Of a DNA stretch of 64,000 nucleotides, positions 58,808-64,000 are shown piece by piece. The stretch is from the NCBI GenBank assembly GCA_965216965.1, contig CBDCGX010000003.1, positions 24,033-88,032 on the forward strand. The letters are read 5' to 3'. The position numbers and the translations under genes are program-made. The stretch comes from Spirochaetia bacterium (GTDB lineage Bacteria > Spirochaetota > Spirochaetia > WTKD01 > G963693115). The stretch's first letter is position 1; each line of letters opens with the position of its first letter. Under the pieces are notes generated by a model. That model was given only the letters and a program-made list of their open reading frames with translations, was not told the origin of the DNA and did no database searches.

Positions 58808-59665
58808 ATGTTTTCTTTCTATGATATAAAGGGTTTTCAAAAACATATATATAAACATGTAAAGACACATCCACGTATAAAAATGCCATGGAGAGAATCA
58901 CCTACTCCCTACCATGTTTTGCTTTCTGAATTTATGCTACAACAAACGCAAGTCACAAGAGTAATAGAATATTATTCTGTTTTTATTAAGCGTTGGAAAA
59001 CTTTAGAAAGCTTAGCAAAAGCTCAATTGGGCGAGATACTCCTACAGTGGAAAGGGTTGGGTTATTATAGAAGGGCGCGGTTTTTACACCTTTGTGTGCA
59101 GTATATTTGTAAGTATTATAAAAAAAATATTCCTTCTAAAAAAGAAGAGCTTCTTGCCCTTCCGGGAGTTGGAGAGTATACTGCATCGGCAATAATTGTG
59201 TTTGCATATAATAAACCTGCTGTTATGGTAGAAACAAATATACGAAGGGCTATTATACATTGTTTTTTAAAGAATAGAAGCGATATTGATGAAATAGAAA
59301 TATCTAATATAGTGGAACAAAGCATGGATACAAAAAGACTGAGAGAGTGGTATTGGGCACTTATGGATTATGGAGCAGAACTTGCTAAAACAGTTGAGAA
59401 CCCCAACCGAAGAAGCAGAATATATAGAAAGCAATCAACGTTTCATGGATCAAATAGGCAAGTGCGTTCTGCTGTACTTAGAGTTCTTATGGATTCTTGC
59501 AAAATGAGCCTTATAGAAAAAACTCTCATAAAAGATACAAAAGATTATCTTAAAAGTCAAGGGAGAGTGGAAGTAAATGATAAAAACATATATACGATTG
59601 TGAGTCAGCTTGTAAGAGAGTCTCTTATTGTTAAAGAGAAAAGTGTATATACATTGCCACAGTAA
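58808..59665 (+). CDS. MutY-like HhH-GPD DNA glycosylase lacking the Fe-S cluster cysteines and the NUDIX-like domain
   Basis: PWRESPTPYHVLLSEFMLQQTQVTRVIEYY, WKGLGYYRRARFLH, HhH LPGVGEYTASAI. After ALMDYGAE there is no Cx6Cx2Cx5C. The C-terminal ~80 aa looks winged-helix-like. Confidence 0.75.
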   Translation: MFSFYDIKGFQKHIYKHVKTHPRIKMPWRESPTPYHVLLSEFMLQQTQVTRVIEYYSVFIKRWKTLESLAKAQLGEILLQWKGLGYYRRARFLHLCVQYICKYYKKNIPSKKEELLALPGVGEYTASAIIVFAYNKPAVMVETNIRRAIIHCFLKNRSDIDEIEISNIVEQSMDTKRLREWYWALMDYGAELAKTVENPNRRSRIYRKQSTFHGSNRQVRSAVLRVLMDSCKMSLIEKTLIKDTKDYLKSQGRVEVNDKNIYTIVSQLVRESLIVKEKSVYTLPQ

Positions 59666-59868
59666 TATTTGTATAATTTTAGTAAATGGAAAACATATAT
59701 ATTGAAATTATAAAAAAACTTATTTAATGCTTTAGATATATAATATAGTATTATGTATAGTTATATAGTGTATATAAATGATATAATTAATTTTTATATG
59801 ATAACAAATAGTTATTTTTATATGAATTAATTAAATATTATGGTATTATAAGAAAAAAGAGGTTAAGA

Positions 59869-60465
59869 ATGAAAATATATATTTTTTCTATTTTATTAAT
59901 TATAAGCATGGTGTTTTTCTCTTGTCAGAGTCGAAAGGTAGAACGAACATCAGTAGATACGGTAACTGATCTTAGTGGCAGATGGAATGATACCGATTCT
60001 AGACTTGTTTCAGAAGCAATGATACAAGACATGCTTGTACGACCGTGGTTAGAAGAATTTGTCTCACAAAATAATAAAAAACCTGTCATTATAGCTGGAT
60101 ATATAAAAAACAGAAGCTCTGAACATATAGAAGTAAATTCATTCTTAAAAGATATAGAAAGGACACTCATAAATTCAGGAAAAGCAACGGTTGTTGCAAG
60201 TAGCAGAGAAAGAAAACAAATACGAGTAGAAAGAGAAGACCAACAATCTTCATCTGCTTTTGAAACAATTAAAAGACTGGGGGAAGAAACAGGGGCAGAT
60301 TATATGCTTATAGGAAGTATAATAGCTCAGTCAGATGCTTTGGACAAAGTTACTGCAGTTACATATCAAACAGATTTAGAGCTTATTCATATAGAAACAA
60401 ATGAAAAGGTATGGTTAGGCACGAAGAAAATTAAGAAAATTATTACTCAGAGAAAGTATAGATAA
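59869..60465 (+). CDS. LpoB-like (penicillin-binding protein activator / FlgO-like fold) lipoprotein
   Basis: Lipobox VFFSC. GRWNDTDSRLVSEAMIQDML, VIIAGYIKNRSSEHI, GADYMLIGSI resemble the LpoB/TolB-N-like family. Confidence 0.55.
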   Translation: MKIYIFSILLIISMVFFSCQSRKVERTSVDTVTDLSGRWNDTDSRLVSEAMIQDMLVRPWLEEFVSQNNKKPVIIAGYIKNRSSEHIEVNSFLKDIERTLINSGKATVVASSRERKQIRVEREDQQSSSAFETIKRLGEETGADYMLIGSIIAQSDALDKVTAVTYQTDLELIHIETNEKVWLGTKKIKKIITQRKYR

Positions 60466-60475
60466 GAAAGTTAAG

Positions 60476-61573
60476 GTGTTAATGGTGTTGTATAAGAAAA
60501 AGGTTGCAGTATATTCTTTATTTTGTTTTTTTATTTTAGGAGGGGTTCTCTTTTCTTGTACATCTCTATCTAAATATTCTAGTGCTAAAACAAAGAACGT
60601 AATTCCTGAAAAATTTCTAAATCCATATCAAGAATACGACAAGTCATTATATCTTGCTTCGGTTGGAATAGGAGACACTCTTTCTCAAGCACAACAGGCT
60701 GCGTTAAGTTCGTTATCCCAACAAATCACAGTATCTGTAAAAGCAACGCAAGATACTCAAGAATCTTTTGTTCAAAAAATAGATGGGGATGGGAATTCTT
60801 TATTAGGAGATATTCAACTAAAAGGGAAAACAAGTATTTTATCGTCTAATGATTTTATAGGAGTACAATATGGAGAATTGTTTAGAGATAAGAATGAGCT
60901 AGTATATACAATAGCATATATTAATAGAGTATCTGTAGGAAACATATATAGAAATCTCATTGATGAGAATCAAAAGAAGATAAAACGACTCCTTTCTGAA
61001 AGTAAGAGACAAAGGAGATTAACAAAATATGTAGCTATTTCCAATGCATTGAAATTAAGCAAGCAAAATGATGAATATGTGAAATTTCTTGATGTTTTAG
61101 CTCCTTCAATGGCTGCAATTTCAAGACAGGCTACAGAAACTACTTCTATACAATTGGAACAGGATCTTGCTAATGCTGGTAGTGCTGTGAGATTTTATAT
61201 AGAGGTTTCGGTTGCTGGGAAACGAGGAATTAGACAATCAAGAAAGACAGAAAAAGTGTTAAAGGGAGTATTAACCGAAGTTCTTACAGCAATGAAGTTT
61301 TCTGTTGTAAATGTTTCTTATGTGAAAAGCGTAGATTATATAGCAGACGTGAGCTTATCGTTGAAGGATACTGTTGTAGGTGATTACCCTACGGTTGAAT
61401 GGAAGATATCGTTTCATATTACGGATAAGAAAAAAGTTCTTCTGGCTCGATCTAATAGAGGAGCATCAAAAGGAAAGGATATTGAGTCCGCATATAGGTT
61501 TGCAGATGTTGATATAGAGAAACAGCTTAGGTTGTTTATTTCATCGTACATAGAAAAGCAGATAACCAAGTAG
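60476..61573 (+). CDS. LPP20-domain lipoprotein (365 aa)
   Basis: Lipobox VLFSC. YLASVGIGDTLSQAQQAALSSLSQQITVSVKA matches the LPP20/FlgP-type motif. Confidence 0.5.
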   Translation: MLMVLYKKKVAVYSLFCFFILGGVLFSCTSLSKYSSAKTKNVIPEKFLNPYQEYDKSLYLASVGIGDTLSQAQQAALSSLSQQITVSVKATQDTQESFVQKIDGDGNSLLGDIQLKGKTSILSSNDFIGVQYGELFRDKNELVYTIAYINRVSVGNIYRNLIDENQKKIKRLLSESKRQRRLTKYVAISNALKLSKQNDEYVKFLDVLAPSMAAISRQATETTSIQLEQDLANAGSAVRFYIEVSVAGKRGIRQSRKTEKVLKGVLTEVLTAMKFSVVNVSYVKSVDYIADVSLSLKDTVVGDYPTVEWKISFHITDKKKVLLARSNRGASKGKDIESAYRFADVDIEKQLRLFISSYIEKQITK

Positions 61574-61668
61574 ATATACTTAGTTTTCTAAAATATTAAA
61601 AGAAGTTAAGAAATAATATTATTTCTATATGCAGAGAATAAAAAAGAAGTTGTTATAATTAAAACTGT

Positions 61669-63408
61669 ATGAGAGAGCAAAAATGGTTAAAGCAGGCTCA
61701 TAAAGGACTTATTCGTTCTGTTTCTGGGTGGAGAAAAGTATTCTTGCTAAAAGACCCTACTACATTAGAAGAGTATGATGTAGTTTTTTTGCATCATGTG
61801 GCGAAAGCGTATATTTCTGTTATTAAAGAAAACTTCGTGGGGAATAAAACATGTACTATTACATTGGGGAGAGATAGTCGGAGTACTGGAGAAGCTATTG
61901 CTTGTGTCCTTGCGAGTGCTTTACAATCAGAAAATGTTTCTGTGACATATCTTGGTATTATTAGTTCTCCCCAAATAATGGCATATACAGAAAAATATGC
62001 TGATGGATTTATATGTATAACAGCGAGTCATAATCCTCCAGAATATAATGGGTTAAAGCTTGGAGATTCAAAAGGAAAAGTCATATCTAGCGAAGGAGCA
62101 GAAAAAATTATACAAAGATATGATTCTTTTATAAAAGATAAGAGTTTTGAGTTGTCCTCTATTAATGTTGTAGAAAACAGTATGGAAAAACGTAAAGCAA
62201 AGGAAGTATATGCATATAAAGTATGTTTCGCCGTATTTAGAAATCTTATAAAAAGTGAAAAAGAGCAAAATATAGTGCAAGATTATTCTAGTATTGTAGA
62301 TATTGTTTCAAAGCGAATAAAAAACAGTAGGCGTGCTTTGGGTGTTGTGTGGGATAGTAATGGAGGAGCTCGTAGCAGTTCATTTGATTCTACCTTTCTT
62401 AATAAGATGGGTGTTGTTGTACATACAATGAATACAAAATATGGTGAATTTTCACATGAGATAATACCAGAAGGAAATAGTCTTATTCCCGCGTCAAATA
62501 TGCTTATAGAATTACAAAAGAAGCGCCCCAATATTAATTGGATAATGGCGGTGGTATGCGATTGTGATGGCGATAGAGGTAATGCGGTTTTTACATCAAA
62601 AACAGGAGCATGTTGTCTTAGTGCACAAGAGATGTTTATACTTAATCTTAATATAGAGCTTGCATGGCAAAAATATACTCACCCATTTGGAAAAACTGCA
62701 GTTGTTGTTAATGGTCCAAGTACGCTGCGTTGTAATTTGCTTGCAGATGCATATGGTGCTAAGATATTTAGAACAGAAGTTGGAGAAGCTAATGTTGTAA
62801 GAAAAGGAAATATTCTTAGAAAACAGGGGTATGATATTCCTATTCTTGGGGAAGCATCTAACGGGGGTACTATCATTTACCCCTCAAAGGTAAGAGATCC
62901 ATTATGCACTGCTCTTACGCTTATAAAATCTTTTATATGGTCAGAAGAACTTTATTTTCCTAATAATCTTCCCGCTATTTTAAAAGGATTGCCATGTGGT
63001 CATTCTACAGCAACGGAACACCCAAAGGCAAAGATGTTTTTATCTTCGTATGGAGATTTTTATTCTCGTATCTCTCTTATTATAAAAACATACAATGGGT
63101 ATGAAAAAAGTTTTTTTTCACTTTTTAAAAAATATGGAATAGAGGTCAGGTCAATACAGTGGCACAATTTTTCTAAAACGGAAGTTACATACATAAATGA
63201 TTTGTCTTTTTCTGTAACAGGGGGAGTTGCTCTTTATTTTTATAGTGATATACATAAACAGTGCCCTTGTGCTTTTGTTTGGCTTCGTCCTAGTGGAACG
63301 GAGCCAGTTTTGCGTGTTATGGCAGATGTTCTTCATCCTAATGCAGAAGTGGAGGGAGAACTTATTGATTTATGGCGATTGGTATTGAATGATGTCATAC
63401 AATTGTAG
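61669..63408 (+). CDS. alpha-D-phosphohexomutase family protein (phosphoglucomutase/phosphomannomutase-like, 579 aa)
   Basis: Active-site TASHNPPEYNGLK, metal loop CDCDGDRGN, GEASNGG sugar loop, RPSGTEPVLRV phosphate loop. Confidence 0.85.
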   Translation: MREQKWLKQAHKGLIRSVSGWRKVFLLKDPTTLEEYDVVFLHHVAKAYISVIKENFVGNKTCTITLGRDSRSTGEAIACVLASALQSENVSVTYLGIISSPQIMAYTEKYADGFICITASHNPPEYNGLKLGDSKGKVISSEGAEKIIQRYDSFIKDKSFELSSINVVENSMEKRKAKEVYAYKVCFAVFRNLIKSEKEQNIVQDYSSIVDIVSKRIKNSRRALGVVWDSNGGARSSSFDSTFLNKMGVVVHTMNTKYGEFSHEIIPEGNSLIPASNMLIELQKKRPNINWIMAVVCDCDGDRGNAVFTSKTGACCLSAQEMFILNLNIELAWQKYTHPFGKTAVVVNGPSTLRCNLLADAYGAKIFRTEVGEANVVRKGNILRKQGYDIPILGEASNGGTIIYPSKVRDPLCTALTLIKSFIWSEELYFPNNLPAILKGLPCGHSTATEHPKAKMFLSSYGDFYSRISLIIKTYNGYEKSFFSLFKKYGIEVRSIQWHNFSKTEVTYINDLSFSVTGGVALYFYSDIHKQCPCAFVWLRPSGTEPVLRVMADVLHPNAEVEGELIDLWRLVLNDVIQL

Positions 63409-63500
63409 GGGTTAATCTTAGAAGGCATCTTGATATAAGTGTATATTACTTCCCAGCTCATTAAAATAAATACTAGTATAAGTATATTTTTAGTGCAGGC

Positions 63501-64000
63501 TTATATGCCTAGCATATGTGGAATGTCTGTAAGTGAGGTAATTATCCTATCAGGAGTTACTGATGAGAGAGAAAGAAAATCTTTTCGTGGACGATATGAA
63601 AGAGAGTCTCCTGCAAAAAGTGTTGTTGTAATGTGTAAAGACTGTGCGGGTGCAATATCATTTTTCACATCGTTTCCAACATACAGTATTTCTGAGGGTT
63701 TATATTTTTTCCATACAGAAAGAAGTTTTTGAAAGAGTAAGGGAGATGGTTTTGCTTCTTTATATTGATATGACCATATCTTTGCTGAGAAAGAATATGA
63801 TGTCCAATTTTTAAAAAGTGCTTCAAGTGTGATAGGAGTGTAAAATTGTGCATTTGAAACAATGCCACAATCTATAGAAGCATGTAAGAGTTTCTGAAGT
63901 ATTTCTTCTGCATAAGGCATGAGACATACTGGATTTATTGCAAGCTCATAATAAAGAGCGGAAAATATGGCAGAATCTATTATGGCATGAGAGTTCTTAG
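63501..64000 (-). CDS. HAD-superfamily hydrolase, 5' end beyond the right edge
   Basis: GIVSNAQ (motif II) and VGNDVKNDI (motif III/IV). The frame stays open upstream of the annotated Met to nt 64000, and the DxDxT motif is not yet seen. Confidence 0.65.
   Translation of the reverse strand, partial: KNSHAIIDSAIFSALYYELAINPVCLMPYAEEILQKLLHASIDCGIVSNAQFYTPITLEALFKNWTSYSFSAKIWSYQYKEAKPSPLLFQKLLSVWKKYKPSEILYVGNDVKNDIAPAQSLHITTTLFAGDSLSYRPRKDFLSLSSVTPDRIITSLTDIPHMLGI

Noticed and set aside
61609-61626. 18-bp perfect palindrome AGAAATAATATTATTTCT after the LPP20-domain gene
   Set aside because: It is A/T-only apart from two G/C bases, is not followed by a T-run and has no partner motif elsewhere in the window.
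63439-63732. 97-aa plus-strand ORF after the phosphohexomutase gene
   Set aside because: It overlaps the HAD hydrolase gene on the minus strand, which has recognisable HAD motifs. The plus-strand translation has no features.

Overview
AT-rich (roughly one-third G+C by eye), densely coding bacterial chromosome segment with about 55 protein genes. I recognised no rRNA, tRNA, CRISPR array, transposase or prophage genes. Content is mostly housekeeping: rpoC 3' end, aspartate kinase, thrC, htrA, uvrB, aspA, a NeuB-family sugar synthase, serS, proC, tpx, ligA, ribD-ribE, trxA, a ROK kinase, hslVU, ftsZ, xerD-like/dprA/xerC-like, a metal-type ABC importer, two outer-membrane-like proteins, sdhAB/frdAB, lgt, ctpA, radA, a cyclophilin-FKBP fusion lipoprotein, serA, trpS, ClbS-like and MutY-like proteins, LpoB/LPP20-like lipoproteins and a phosphohexomutase. 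The lipobox style (..FSC, ..VSC), the dual PPIase, Maf plus NeuB genes and a FliA-type promoter point to a flagellated diderm, possibly a spirochaete (Treponema-like). Taxonomy cannot be settled from the sequence alone. The best candidate for something undescribed is a self-contained minus-strand module at 27718-31927. It has a perfect sigma-28 promoter (TAAA-N15-GCCGATAA), then an 831-aa cytoplasmic, acidic Ser/Thr/Asn-rich protein with eight identical 32-aa repeats and recurring FliM-like L-S-x-x-E-L-x-x-I-L peptides. That ORF is translationally coupled (TTGA overlap) to a Maf/DUF115 flagellin-glycosyltransferase homologue. Secondary leads are a ribbon-helix-helix protein with a DnaJ-type zinc-finger tail heading a binding-protein-less ABC-3 metal transporter, a ClbS-like plus cluster-less MutY-like pair, anchor-less SdhAB/FrdAB, a sigma-28-like promoter before a 932-aa TPR/TM protein, and a G8 tract at the ftsZ ribosome-binding site. 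Caveat: rpoC (essential), thrC and the xerD-like gene are each broken by a single-base homopolymer frameshift. Assembly indel error is therefore likely, and all frameshift or phase-variation readings are weak. All protein calls rest on motifs I recognise by eye, not on database searches.
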